Shown piece by piece: positions 29,798-39,783 of a stretch of DNA of 64,000 nt. Within the stretch, counting starts at the first letter, position 1, and every line of letters begins with the position of its first letter. The notes below the pieces were generated by a model. It saw only the letters and a list, made by a program, of their open reading frames with translations, was not told the origin of the DNA and searched no databases. The stretch spans positions 256,001-320,000 of the forward strand of contig CAVPHD010000001.1 in NCBI GenBank assembly GCA_963704165.1, written 5' to 3'. Position numbers and translations under genes: made by a program. The DNA is from an uncultured delta proteobacterium. GTDB taxonomy: Bacteria > Myxococcota_A > UBA9160 > SZUA-336.

Positions 29798-31687
29798 CGA
29801 CCGACGCGCTCGTCCTTGGCACCGCGGGGCACATCGATCACGGCAAGACCACGCTCGTGCGCGCGCTGACCGGGGTCGACTGCGACCGGTTGCCCGAGGA
29901 GAAGGCGCGCGGGATCACGATCGAGCTCGGTTTCGCGCCGCTCGTCCTGCCGTCGGGACTTGAGCTCTCGCTGATCGACGTGCCCGGGCACGAGCGGCTC
30001 GTACACACGATGGTGTCCGGCGCGACCGGAATCGATCTGGTGCTCTTCGTGGTCGCGGCCGACGAGGGCATCATGCCGCAGAGCCGCGAGCACCTGGCGA
30101 TCTGCGACCTGCTCGGGATCGAACGCGGCGTCGTCGCGCTGACCAAGGCCGACGCGGTCGATGCGGACCTGCTCGAGCTCGCGCAGCTCGAGGTGGCGGA
30201 GGAGCTCGAACGCACCTGTCTTTCCGGCGCGCCGATCGTTCCCGTCTCGGCCGTGACCGGGCGCGGCCTCGACGAGCTCCGCGATGCGCTCGAAGTGGCC
30301 GCGCGCGAGGCGCCTGCGCGCACGCTTCGAGACGGACCCGCCTGGCTTCCGGTGGATCGCGCGTTCTCGATGCGCGGCTTCGGCACCGTCGTCACCGGCA
30401 CGCTGCGCGGCGCGCCGCTCGAAGAGGGCCAGAACATCGAGATCTGGCCCGACGACGGACGGACGGCGCGAGCCGCGCGGATCCGCGGGATCCAGCTCCA
30501 CGGCGAAGTCTCGAAGCGCGCGCTGCCGGGCTCGCGCGTCGCTCTGAACCTGCAGGGCGTCGAGGTCGAGAGCGTTCCGCGCGGCAGCATCGTCGCTACA
30601 CCGGACCGTGTCGCGCCTCGCACGCGGCTCGAAGTGGAGCTCCGCCTCCTGCCCGGTGCCCCCGCGCTGAAGACCGGCGCACGCATCGCGCTGCACCTCG
30701 GGACGGCCGAACGCGGCGCGCGCGCGTCGCTGCTCGATCGCGCGGTCCTCGCGCCGGGAGACGCCGCGCTCGTCGAGCTTCGGCTCGAACGCCCGCTCGC
30801 CGCGATCGAAGGCGATCGCTTCGTGATTCGCGGCTATCGCCGGATCAAGAACGCGGGCTGGACCTGGGGAGGCGGGCGAATCCTCGACGCTTCGCCGCGC
30901 CCGGGACGACGAAGACGCGCGGACCGGGCCGCGGATCTCGCGCTCGCCGCCGCGGGCGACCGCGTTGCGTGGCTCCGAGCGCGGCTCGCGCGGGCGGGCT
31001 GGCGCGGGCAGACCCGCGCAGAGCTGCTCCGCGAGCTGCGCTCACTCGACCGACTCGAGGGTGTGCGGGTGTCGGCCGACCACTGGCTCGACCCGACGGC
31101 GTTCGCCGAGCTGCGCACGGCAGCGCTTCGCGCCGTGCGCGCGCACCACGCCGACACGCCCACCGACGCCTTCGCGGGATTCGCGCAGGTACGGGCGCGC
31201 GTCGCGACGCTGGCCGCCGACGACGCGCTTCGCGCCGCGCTCGACGCCGACCGCGCGCGAAGGCGTGCTCGAAGCGACGCCGAGCGGCTGGCGCTGGCCC
31301 GGACATCGCGCGCACGCGAGCGACTCCGGGCTCGCGATCGAGCTCGTGAAGCGCCTCGAAGCAGCCGGGCTCGCACCCGACACGCTCGATGTGCTCGCGC
31401 GAGAGCTCGGCTGCGAGCTGCGCGAGCTGCGCTCGGTCTGCGAGCACCTGGTGCGCGAGAAGAAGCTCGTGCGCGTCTCGTCGGAAATGTTCTTCGACGC
31501 GGGCGCCGTCGCCGCGCTGCGCGAGCGCGTCGTCGCGTACCTGCGCGCGAACTCGCAGATCGACCCGGCCGCCTACAAAGGGCTCACGGGACAGAGCCGG
31601 AAGCACACCGTGCCGCTGATGGAGTACTTCGACGCCGAGAAGCTCACGACGCGGCGCGAGAACGTGCGCGTGCTGCGCGCACCCTGA
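29794..31687 (+). CDS. selB: Selenocysteine-specific elongation factor (frameshift ~31250)
   Basis: [59 protein letters not shown]-terminal winged helix [13 protein letters not shown]. Confidence 0.95.
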
Positions 31688-31705
31688 GCTGCGCGCGGGC
31701 CGGGG

Positions 31706-32734
31706 TTACGCCGCGAAGAGGCGTTCGCAGCCGGTGCCGTCGAGCACGGCGTCGAGCGTGCGGCGGTCGTCGGGTGCGAGCGCGTCGCGGCCCTCGCGCA
31801 GCCACTGCAGGCATTTCGCCTGGTACGGAAATACCTGCTGAGTCCAGGGCCGGCCATCGATCGAGCACTCGAACTCGGTCTTTCCGTGTGCGCGCGCCTC
31901 GGCGTTCGCGAGCAGGAACGGCGTATAGACGCGCCCCACCTCGGCGAGCAGCGCGCGCAGGGTCGCGGGAATCCGGTCACGCGTGACCCAGTCGTCCTCC
32001 GTGGGCTCGAGACCGGAGAGATCCTCGGCGATCTCGACCCAGGCGACGACGCGCGGCGCGATCTCGAGCGAGAGCGCGCTCGGCGTCGGATCGAACGCCG
32101 TGAGCTGCGTGAGCTGCCCGAAGAGCGCGAAGTCGCAAGCGGCGGGACGCGCACCGAGCACGAAACGCGAGTTCTCGAAAGCCGCGGCGAGAACCTTCAA
32201 GAGCCGTCGGTAGCTCTCCTCGATCACCGGACCCGTCGTCGGGTTCGAGCCAACGACGCCGAGCCGGCCGATCTGGCGCTCGGCGAACATCTTTCCCATC
32301 GCGAGCGCCTCGCTCTCCGGCTGATCCGTCTTGCGCCAGCGCGGCAGGATCGCGGACGCCTTCGCGATGTCGGCCGCGTACGCCCAGCGGTAGTGGAACA
32401 TCGCCTTGGTGAGCCACTCGTCCGCGAAATCTTCGATCAACGAATCGAGGTAGGCGACGACGGGATCGGACGGGATCACCGATCGGCCCGCGTGGAGTGA
32501 CTCGAGCTCGCGAATCAGAGGCGTGGAATCGGTTCGCGCCTCGAGTGCCCCGTCCTTGCCCGGCAGGATCAGCTGTGGGAGCAGCTCGACGCGCGGTCTC
32601 GGCAGCATGCGCGCGTCCGCGCCGCCGGCCTGCACCCAGACGTACGGAATGCGCCGGTAGCGCAGAACCGCTCGCAGCTTTCGGCTGTACGGCGAACCGG
32701 GCGCCCCGACCATGGTGAGTGTTCCCGAGTCCAT
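31706..32734 (-). CDS. Long-form glutathione S-transferase-family protein (SPYS type)
   Basis: GAPGSPYSRKLR, DSTPLI, EDFADEWLTKAMFHYRW, GARPAACDFALFGQL. Confidence 0.85.
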   Translation of the reverse strand: MDSGTLTMVGAPGSPYSRKLRAVLRYRRIPYVWVQAGGADARMLPRPRVELLPQLILPGKDGALEARTDSTPLIRELESLHAGRSVIPSDPVVAYLDSLIEDFADEWLTKAMFHYRWAYAADIAKASAILPRWRKTDQPESEALAMGKMFAERQIGRLGVVGSNPTTGPVIEESYRRLLKVLAAAFENSRFVLGARPAACDFALFGQLTQLTAFDPTPSALSLEIAPRVVAWVEIAEDLSGLEPTEDDWVTRDRIPATLRALLAEVGRVYTPFLLANAEARAHGKTEFECSIDGRPWTQQVFPYQAKCLQWLREGRDALAPDDRRTLDAVLDGTGCERLFAA

Positions 32735-32747
32735 TCCGCTTCTCCCG

Positions 32748-33374
32748 TCAGCCCTTTCCAAGGCTGTTCACGAGTGTGAGTGCGATCCGCTCGATCGCCG
32801 CCTTCGCGCGTTCCCTTCCGAGTCGCTGATCGACGCGCAGGCGGTCCCAGATCTCGAACGACGCGGCGGCATCGAGTGCCTCGACGAGGTCCGCGGGCGC
32901 GCGTCGAAGCTCCGGCAGCCAGCCGAGCAGGTCCGCCCGCAGCGCGCGCACGAACTGTGCGTGTCGTCGGGCGACGAACGCCGACCTCCAGCGCTGCAGA
33001 TTCCCGGAACGCTTGTACGGAGCGATCTGCTCGAAGAGGCGGGTTCGCCGCTCGACGAGACCGTGCACACGTTCTTCGCGAGTGCCGCCGGGATGCTCCT
33101 CTCGAAGCAGCGGCAGGGCCTGCGTCTGCACGCGCTCGTCGATCTCGGCGAGCAGACTGTCCATGTCGGAGAAGTGCCGGAAGACGGTGCGAATCCCGAC
33201 CTTCGCGCGCGCGGCGACCTGCTGCGCCGTGGGTTGCAGAATTCCGGCTCCAACCAGATCGAAGAGCGCCTGCACCATCGCGGCCCGGCTTCTCTCGCTG
33301 CGCCGGACGCGGCCATCCGCGGCTTCGCCCTCGGGCTTGGCCGCGCGCGCGCGCGTGCGACTCAGCTCTCGCAC
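32748..33374 (-). CDS. TetR/AcrR-family transcriptional regulator
   Basis: DGRVRRSERSRAAMVQALFDL, HTH PTAQQVAARAKVGIRTVFRHFSDM. Start GTG 33374 or CTG 33365. Confidence 0.92.
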   Translation of the reverse strand: MRELSRTRARAAKPEGEAADGRVRRSERSRAAMVQALFDLVGAGILQPTAQQVAARAKVGIRTVFRHFSDMDSLLAEIDERVQTQALPLLREEHPGGTREERVHGLVERRTRLFEQIAPYKRSGNLQRWRSAFVARRHAQFVRALRADLLGWLPELRRAPADLVEALDAAASFEIWDRLRVDQRLGRERAKAAIERIALTLVNSLGKG

Positions 33375-34702
33375 GAGAAGATCCTGCCGCCGACCTTTCG
33401 CACGCGGCAGCCGTCGAGAGCGGCGTCGAGTCCGAGCAGCTCGGTTCCGTTCGCGAAGGCCCCGAGCAAGCTCTCGATCTCCACGCGCCCCGTGTCCTTG
33501 GCGACGCAGTCTCGGATCACGTCGGCGAGGCGCTGGAGCATCCAGACATGATACGCGACGACCATTCGCCGCTCGCGCAGGCCGCCGAGCTCGAATTCGT
33601 GGGTCAACGGGCCATCGCCGGTCTGAAGCGCCTCGAACCCGGGAGTCGGCGTGAACGTCTTGCCCGGCAGCTCGGCGCCCGGCGCGTGCTGCCCGCTCGC
33701 GAGGTACGCGCGCAGCGTCGCGAGCGTGCTCTTCAGCATCGGCCACATCTCGCTGAAGAACACCTCGAGCACGGGAAGGAGCGTCGGCGCGATCCGATCG
33801 TCGCCGAGCCACTCCCCGCCGTCGCTCGTCGCAGGCCGCCCGACGAGCGTTCCGTCCGGACCGAGGGAGTAGAGCTTCTGTCCGTAGCTTCGCGCGTTGA
33901 GGTCGCAGGTGTGGTTCGTGCGCTCGACCCACTCGCTGACCAGCGGAAAGCGCGTACGCAGCCGGAAGCCCGCGACCGGATCGCGGTAGAGGTGCGCGTA
34001 GAGCGGACCGAGCAGGCCGAAGTCGGCGAGCGACGGAAGCCCGCCGAGGGCGAAGTCGTGCACGGAGAAGTGCGCCTCGAGCCGCTCGAGCAGTCGCGTG
34101 TTGCTCGCTTCCCAGGCCGGGATCATCCGCTCCGTGGCGCCGAGCGCGACGAGCCCCGCGAAGATGCCGTGTGGATTCGAGTACCCGAGGTTTACGCCCA
34201 AGCCCGTCGCGAACATCCGCTGCGCGGCCTGTCTTCGCGTCGCGCCGTCGGCACCGGCGGCGAAGAATGCCCCCCACTGCTGCTCGTTGAACGCGGCATG
34301 GTTCGGCTCGACGCCCTCGAGCGAGTGAACCCAGCGCTCGAGAAACCCGTAGACCACCATCCACTCGTCGGCGAGAAGCTCGATCAGATGACTCACGAGC
34401 CGCTGCTTCGGCGCGGCGTCGGCGGGCGGAATGACTGCGGGCAACGGGTGCGCGCGTTCGCAGTAGTCGAGGATCTCACTCGAGTCCTGCACCCACGTTC
34501 CGTCGGGCGCGAGAAGCTGCGGGACGACGTTCGACTGCGTGGCGGGAACCAGGAGACCGAAGATCAGCTCCGGCGTCGCGAGGATGTCTTCGTACTCGAG
34601 TGCGCCCCCGTGTGCCTTGTAGCGCAGAAACGCCCGGACCTTTCCAGAGAAGTAACTGTGCTCCCAGGAGAACAGGCGGTAGGGCGAAGTCGGAACGTGC
34701 AC
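33362..34702 (-). CDS. Long-form glutathione S-transferase-family protein (SYFS type)
   Basis: HSYFSGKVRAFLRYK, QDSSEILD, ELLADEW, GGLPSLADFGLLGPLYAHLYRDP. Confidence 0.85.
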   Translation of the reverse strand: MHVPTSPYRLFSWEHSYFSGKVRAFLRYKAHGGALEYEDILATPELIFGLLVPATQSNVVPQLLAPDGTWVQDSSEILDYCERAHPLPAVIPPADAAPKQRLVSHLIELLADEWMVVYGFLERWVHSLEGVEPNHAAFNEQQWGAFFAAGADGATRRQAAQRMFATGLGVNLGYSNPHGIFAGLVALGATERMIPAWEASNTRLLERLEAHFSVHDFALGGLPSLADFGLLGPLYAHLYRDPVAGFRLRTRFPLVSEWVERTNHTCDLNARSYGQKLYSLGPDGTLVGRPATSDGGEWLGDDRIAPTLLPVLEVFFSEMWPMLKSTLATLRAYLASGQHAPGAELPGKTFTPTPGFEALQTGDGPLTHEFELGGLRERRMVVAYHVWMLQRLADVIRDCVAKDTGRVEIESLLGAFANGTELLGLDAALDGCRVRKVGGRIFSCES

Positions 34703-34712
34703 TTTTGTATTT

Positions 34713-34729
34713 TGGCACTTCATATGCCA
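34713..34729. promoter_or_regulatory. Putative TetR operator 1 (TGGCA-N7-TGCCA)
   Basis: Perfect 5-bp inverted repeat in the short gap between divergent genes; overlaps the minus-strand extended -10 TGcCAAAAT. Confidence 0.65.
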
Positions 34730-34741
34730 CGATGTAAAGCC

Positions 34742-36070
34742 GTGGACACAGGCCTCGTCCGGTTGATCTCGCCGCTCCTGGTGCGGACTCTCACCAGCCC
34801 CCGCACGCGCGACGCGCGACGCTGGCTCGCCGAGCGCAGACGCCGACTTCGCTCCGAACCGCACCGGATCGACTACTTCCACCAGGTCGACGATCCGTAC
34901 GGCCAGCTCGCCGCGCAGGTCCTGGCGCCGCTGGTCGAACGCTACGACGTCGAGATCGCGCCGCACCTCGTCGGAAAGCCACCCGACGCCGCGGCTCCCG
35001 ATCGCGTGCGCCTCGAGGCCTTCGCCCTGCGCGACGCGGCCGACGTCGCGCCCGGCTACGGGCTCGTCTTTCCGTCGAAGGCCACGGCACCGGATGCGAC
35101 CTCGCTCGAACGAGCGTCCTCGATCCTCGCGCGCGCGATCTCGTCGGGTGGGTTCACGAACGCCGCCGCTCGCGTCGGCTCCGCGCTCTTCGGTGGCGAC
35201 GCGAGCGCGCTCGAAGGTCTCGCACGAGAGCTCGGCGAGGCTGGCGAATCAGAGGTTCGTGGACAGACGGAGACGGGCGACCGCCTTCGCGCGCGACTCG
35301 GTCACTATCTCGGAGCGATGTTCCACTACGGCGGCGAGTGGTACTGGGGCGTCGATCGGCTCTGGCACCTCGAGCGGCGACTGCAGTCTCTCGGATTGTT
35401 GCGATCTGGAATGAGTGCGGAGCCGATCGCGAGGCGCCCGGAGCTGCAGAGCCGGCCGACCGAGGCCGCACCGCGCTCCTTCGCGCTCGAGTTCTACCCA
35501 TCGCTGCGCAGCCCGTACACGGCGATCGTCATGGAACGCGTCTACGAGCTCGCGCGCCGGACCTCGGTCGAGCTCGTTCTTCGTCCGGTGCTGCCGATGG
35601 TGATGCGCGGCCTGCCCGTGCCGCGCGCGAAGCAGGTCTACATCATGCTCGACACCAAGCGCGAGGCCGAAGACGCCGGCGTCTCGTTTGGAAACGTCTG
35701 CGATCCCGTCGGCGCGCCGGTCGAACGCGGATTCTCGCTCTATCCATGGGCGCGGGAGCGAGGACGCGCCGCGGAGTACCTGGGCGCGTTCACGCGCGCC
35801 GCGTTTGCCGAGGGCGTCGATACCGGTCGCGACACGGGTTTGCGTCACGTCGTCGAGCGCGCGGGCCTCGACTGGGAGGACGCCAAGCCGCACCTCGACG
35901 GCGACACGTGGCGCGCCGAGCTCGAGGAGAACCGGATCGCGCTCCTCGCGCTCGGGCTCTGGGGCGTGCCGAGCTTCTGCCTGCGCGCGAGCTCCGGCGA
36001 GGCGCTCTACTCGACCTGGGGCCAGGACCGCCTCTTCCGTGTCGAGCAGGAGATCCGAGCACGCCTCTGA
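34742..36070 (+). CDS. Tandem DsbA/kappa-GST (2-hydroxychromene-2-carboxylate isomerase-like) protein
   Basis: Two modules: DYFHQVDDPYGQL...YWGVDRL and FYPSLRSPYT...RPVLPMVMRG...GLWGVPSF...WGQDRL. Alternative ATG at 34724. Confidence 0.85.
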   Translation: MDTGLVRLISPLLVRTLTSPRTRDARRWLAERRRRLRSEPHRIDYFHQVDDPYGQLAAQVLAPLVERYDVEIAPHLVGKPPDAAAPDRVRLEAFALRDAADVAPGYGLVFPSKATAPDATSLERASSILARAISSGGFTNAAARVGSALFGGDASALEGLARELGEAGESEVRGQTETGDRLRARLGHYLGAMFHYGGEWYWGVDRLWHLERRLQSLGLLRSGMSAEPIARRPELQSRPTEAAPRSFALEFYPSLRSPYTAIVMERVYELARRTSVELVLRPVLPMVMRGLPVPRAKQVYIMLDTKREAEDAGVSFGNVCDPVGAPVERGFSLYPWARERGRAAEYLGAFTRAAFAEGVDTGRDTGLRHVVERAGLDWEDAKPHLDGDTWRAELEENRIALLALGLWGVPSFCLRASSGEALYSTWGQDRLFRVEQEIRARL

Positions 36071-36076
36071 CGCCGA

Positions 36077-37441
36077 TCAGCGTCCCTTGTTGAGCCGCCC
36101 GATGTCGACGAGGCGCCGGATGTCGCCCTTGCTTCCCGGCGGTCCGCCGCGGTTGTTCCAGACCTCGATGCGGTTTCCGGTTCCGCTCTGCACGTTGACG
36201 ATGATCTGCGACGCGAGGCGCAACGTCCGCACTTCGTCCACGCCTTCCCACGTCGGATTGTAGACGCCGGTGCTGGACATCGGATCTTTCGACTCCGGTG
36301 TCTTCCCGAGCCAGTCCTCGGTCCAGCGGAAGTTGTGCCAGATCAGCTTCCACAGCTCCTTCTTTCGATCGTACGCGGAGCTGTAGAGCGGCTGATAGGT
36401 CTGCTTGTCGATCCAGATGTCCTTGTGATCGTACGGGTGATCCTCGTTCTTCGGGTCGAAGCGGATCAGGAAGGCGTCGCGTAGCTCCCAGCGGTCGTTC
36501 GCGTACGAGAACCCGTACGGACCGTAGTTGTAGTCGTCGGAATAGGGGTACCCGAGCTTCGTCGCGTTCACCGGATGGATCATTCGGCGCTCATCGAGGC
36601 AGGTCCACTCGTACTGCGGCGGGACGCCGGCGAAGCTGCGCAGGTCGTCCATCGTGAAGTCGGTGCCCTGGATCGAGTCGGTGCGCTGGGCCTGCGAGAT
36701 CCTGCGCACGCGACGCAGGTCGGGGATGTAGACCCAGAGGTCGTCGTTGCGCGCCTGGTCGAGCGGACCGTCGGAGGCCTTGTAGCGGTACGAGAGCGTC
36801 ATGATCCCGCGGGCGTCGAACGGCTCCATGACCGTCACGCCGCCGCCCGACAGGCGCTTCTCCTTCTCGAAGACGTCGCCACGCGATTCGATGTACTGCG
36901 GCTCGACGCGCTGCGAGAGCGCGACTCCCTCCGACATGCCTTTGTAGAAGAGAGGAAGCTGCTCGCCGCGATCCCAGTAGCTGTAGAAGAAGTTGGTCTT
37001 CCAACCGCTCCCACCCCAGGACTTGATGAAATTCCAGATGACCTTGAGCCCTGCCTCGGGATCGCCCTTGCAGTCGATCTTCTCCGTCGCAAAGGGCCGG
37101 CCCGCGGTGAATCCGACCAGCGCGCCGTCGCGTCCGATCTTCACGTCTTTCTGCCAGCGTTTCGTCGCCTCGACGAAAACCGACGACTCGCTGTAGTCGC
37201 GGTTCGTCGGGCCGATCGAAATCTGCATTCCCTCGTAGAAGAAGAACTCGCGGTTCTCCCAGAACTGCGGGGGCAGGTAGTCCTTCAGCTTGTCGACCTG
37301 CTCGAAGCCGAGGACGTCGCCTTCCTGGAAGCCGGGCTGTGGAATCGCGTCCTGAGTGCGCTCCTCGGCGCGCGCGCCGAACGCGACGACGTTCGACAGG
37401 ACGAGAGCGAGAAGCGCCGATCTGACGATGGACGAACTCAC
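36077..37441 (-). CDS. DUF1329-family exported protein (LolA-like fold)
   Basis: Signal peptide ending ARA-E, WVYIPDLRRVRRI, GTDFTMDD, RWELR, HPY..K...IDKQT, AYDRKKELWK. Confidence 0.82.
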   Translation of the reverse strand: MSSSIVRSALLALVLSNVVAFGARAEERTQDAIPQPGFQEGDVLGFEQVDKLKDYLPPQFWENREFFFYEGMQISIGPTNRDYSESSVFVEATKRWQKDVKIGRDGALVGFTAGRPFATEKIDCKGDPEAGLKVIWNFIKSWGGSGWKTNFFYSYWDRGEQLPLFYKGMSEGVALSQRVEPQYIESRGDVFEKEKRLSGGGVTVMEPFDARGIMTLSYRYKASDGPLDQARNDDLWVYIPDLRRVRRISQAQRTDSIQGTDFTMDDLRSFAGVPPQYEWTCLDERRMIHPVNATKLGYPYSDDYNYGPYGFSYANDRWELRDAFLIRFDPKNEDHPYDHKDIWIDKQTYQPLYSSAYDRKKELWKLIWHNFRWTEDWLGKTPESKDPMSSTGVYNPTWEGVDEVRTLRLASQIIVNVQSGTGNRIEVWNNRGGPPGSKGDIRRLVDIGRLNKGR

Positions 37442-37444
37442 GAT

Positions 37445-37837
37445 TCAGATGACTCCCTGGGTCGTTGCGATCAGCCACTGGCTCTCGAGGCCTGCGGCGC
37501 GGTGCACGCCGATCCCGGCGACCTCCGCGCTGGTGGCGATCTCGACGAACTTCGCGCGCGACGGATACTCGACCAGCGCCACCATGTGATAGCCGGGATC
37601 CTCGTCGGCGATCACCATCGAATCGACCCGGCCCGCGAAGAGGAACCGGCCCCCGTTCGCCTCGACGATCTTTCGCATGGCCGATCCGTAGCGGTTGTAC
37701 GCCTCGACGCCGGAGACGCCCTCGTCCGGTGCGTCGGCGCGCTCCTTGAACCGAAGCAGATTCACCATCACGATCGGCGTTCCCGGCGGACCCTCGAGCA
37801 GGGCCTTGAGTTGTTCGGGCTTCGGATAGATCGGCAT
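37445..37837 (-). CDS. DUF1330-family protein
   Basis: GGAGG then ATG 37837; PIVMVNLLRFK, SGVEAYNRY, LVEYPSR, HRAAGLE. Confidence 0.85.
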   Translation of the reverse strand: MPIYPKPEQLKALLEGPPGTPIVMVNLLRFKERADAPDEGVSGVEAYNRYGSAMRKIVEANGGRFLFAGRVDSMVIADEDPGYHMVALVEYPSRAKFVEIATSAEVAGIGVHRAAGLESQWLIATTQGVI

Positions 37838-37870
37838 GCGTACCTCCACGGAGCGAATTGCGCCGCATTT

Positions 37871-37887
37871 TGGCACGTGAACTGTCA
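37871..37887. promoter_or_regulatory. Putative TetR operator 2 (TGGCA-N7-TGTCA)
   Basis: Same ATTTTGGCAC left half as operator 1; overlaps TGcCAAAAT upstream of DUF1330. Confidence 0.6.
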
Positions 37888-39663
37888 CTAGGGGAAGGGC
37901 GGCCGGGCGAAGCGGCGCCACAGCACGCGAGAGAGCCACGCCAGGACGAGAAGCAGCCCCGCGCCGATCGCGACGATGGCGACGGCGTAGCGCCGGATCA
38001 GGACCCAGGTCGTGTTCGCGGCGAGCTGGTCGAAGGTCGTGTAGCCCGCCGGAACCTCGAGCACTCCGACCGTCGTGGCGAAGCGGCGGTAGTCGTCGAG
38101 GAGCTCCGCGAAGCGCTCCGGCTCGAACGGGTCGAGGGCGCGCGTCTCGCCGGGATCGCTCTCGATGTCGTACAGATGAAACCGGCCGTCGCCGTAGGGC
38201 GGAAGGTCCTTCACGAGCTTGTACGAGCCCTTCCAGAGCGCGGCGTGGCCCGCCGCCTCCATGCCGACCGGCTCGTCGTCCGCGTACACGCGCTCGACGC
38301 GATCCCGCAGGACCGGAACGAGGCTGTGTCCGGTGATCGGTGCAAAAGCGGCGGGCACCTTCGCCGTGGCGGCTTCGAGGATCGTCGGCGTGATGTCGGT
38401 GACGTACGAGAACGCGCGCTCGGTCTGCCCGGGCACGACACCCGGGCCGGCGATCACGAGCGGTACGCGCACGCCTCCCTCGGCGGCGTGGAACTTGAAG
38501 AGCGCGCTCGGCGCGACGTTCGCGTTGGCCGCTTCCGCTCCGATCGCGGCGAACGTTCCCTTCTCGCCCAGACGCTCGATGTCGAGCGAGTAGCCGACGC
38601 TATCGAGCCAGTGGCGGAAGCCGACGTTCGCGACGGGATCGCCGGACTCTGCGCCGTTGTCGGAGAGAACGATGAAGAGCGTGTTCTCGTAAGCGCCGCT
38701 CTCACGGAGGTACGCGATCAACCGACCGAGGTGGTGATCCATCGCCTCGAGCATCCCCGCGTTCACCGCCATGTTCTTCGCCTGGAAGCGGCGCTCCTCC
38801 GCCGAGAGCGCGTTCCAATCGCGAAACGACTCGGGCGGCGGACGAAGCGGAGCCTCCGGCGAGACCAGACCGGTCGCGATCGCGCCGCGGTGTCGCCGTT
38901 CGCGCTGGGCCGGCCAGCCCCCGTCGTAGACGCCGTCGTAACGCTCGACGAACTCGCGCGGCGCCTGAATCGGAATGTGGATCGCCAGGAACGGCAGATA
39001 GGCGAAGAACGGCTGGCCGTCGCTCTTCGCAGCGTCGATGTACTCGATCATCCGATCGACGAGGAACTCGGACGAGTAGAAGTTCTCGGGCAGCCGCACG
39101 GGTCTTCCGTCTTCGAACCAGTCGGCGTCCTCGTAGATCGGCAGATACGGACGCTGCTCCCAGTTGTCTGCACCCGTGGCGTCGAGCGCGAACGAGCGCT
39201 CGAATCCCTGCCCGTCCGGGAGCGCACCGGGTGTGTGCCCCAGGTGCCACTTGCCCGTCATGTACGTGTGGTAGCCCGCACGGCGCAGGACTTCCGCGAC
39301 GGTGACGACGTTCTCCGCGAAGTGCCCGAGATAGCCCGGGCGCCCCTCGTGCTCGGGCGGGACGGTCTCGGGAAGATTTGCGACCCCGGCCGTGTGGCTG
39401 TCGAGTCCGGTCAGGAGCATCGCGCGAGACGGCGCGCACATCGGCGAGACGTGGAAGTTCGAGAAGCGCGCCCCGCGCGCCGCCAGCGCGTCGATGTTCG
39501 GCGTCGCGATCTCGCTGCCGTACGCGCCGAAATCGGTGTAGCCCGCATCGTCGACCAGGACGAGGACGACGTTCGGTCTCGCCACCTCGGCCGCCCGAGC
39601 GGAAGCCGCGGCGAAGAGCGCCAGCAGCAGAGTGGCCACGGATCGGGTGCAGAGCCTCGACAT
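37888..39663 (-). CDS. Arylsulfatase (formylglycine-dependent) with signal peptide and C-terminal TM anchor
   Basis: PNVVLVLVDDAGY, CAPSRAMLLTG, GKWHLG, SDNG, EGGVRVP; tail AIVAIGAGLLLVLAWLSRVLWRR. Confidence 0.93.
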   Translation of the reverse strand: MSRLCTRSVATLLLALFAAASARAAEVARPNVVLVLVDDAGYTDFGAYGSEIATPNIDALAARGARFSNFHVSPMCAPSRAMLLTGLDSHTAGVANLPETVPPEHEGRPGYLGHFAENVVTVAEVLRRAGYHTYMTGKWHLGHTPGALPDGQGFERSFALDATGADNWEQRPYLPIYEDADWFEDGRPVRLPENFYSSEFLVDRMIEYIDAAKSDGQPFFAYLPFLAIHIPIQAPREFVERYDGVYDGGWPAQRERRHRGAIATGLVSPEAPLRPPPESFRDWNALSAEERRFQAKNMAVNAGMLEAMDHHLGRLIAYLRESGAYENTLFIVLSDNGAESGDPVANVGFRHWLDSVGYSLDIERLGEKGTFAAIGAEAANANVAPSALFKFHAAEGGVRVPLVIAGPGVVPGQTERAFSYVTDITPTILEAATAKVPAAFAPITGHSLVPVLRDRVERVYADDEPVGMEAAGHAALWKGSYKLVKDLPPYGDGRFHLYDIESDPGETRALDPFEPERFAELLDDYRRFATTVGVLEVPAGYTTFDQLAANTTWVLIRRYAVAIVAIGAGLLLVLAWLSRVLWRRFARPPFP

Positions 39664-39694
39664 GAAACTTCCTCGCGGGTGGACGCACCGAAAT

Positions 39695-39711
39695 TGGCAC
39701 TGGGAATGATA
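39695..39711. promoter_or_regulatory. Putative TetR operator 3 (TGGCA-N7-TGATA, degenerate)
   Basis: AAATTGGCAC left half in an AT-rich patch between the divergent sulfatase and GST. Confidence 0.45.
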
Positions 39712-39783
39712 AATTATTCCGGAGCCGATTCTGGCAGGATGTCGCGAACCGGAGCCCGCGTGACCCGCGACGAGAGGAGCGAG

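Noticed and set aside
28530..31687. serS and selB as pseudogenes or programmed frameshift genes
   Set aside because: No slippery heptamers, motifs are intact, and similar indels occur across unrelated genes; sequencing error is the simpler explanation.
34713..34729. Sigma54 promoter (TGGCAC...GC with GG-N10-GC)
   Set aside because: Only copy 1 has the -12 GC; copies 2 and 3 have GT and GA but keep partial dyad symmetry. A repressor operator explains all three better, though this is not fully excluded.
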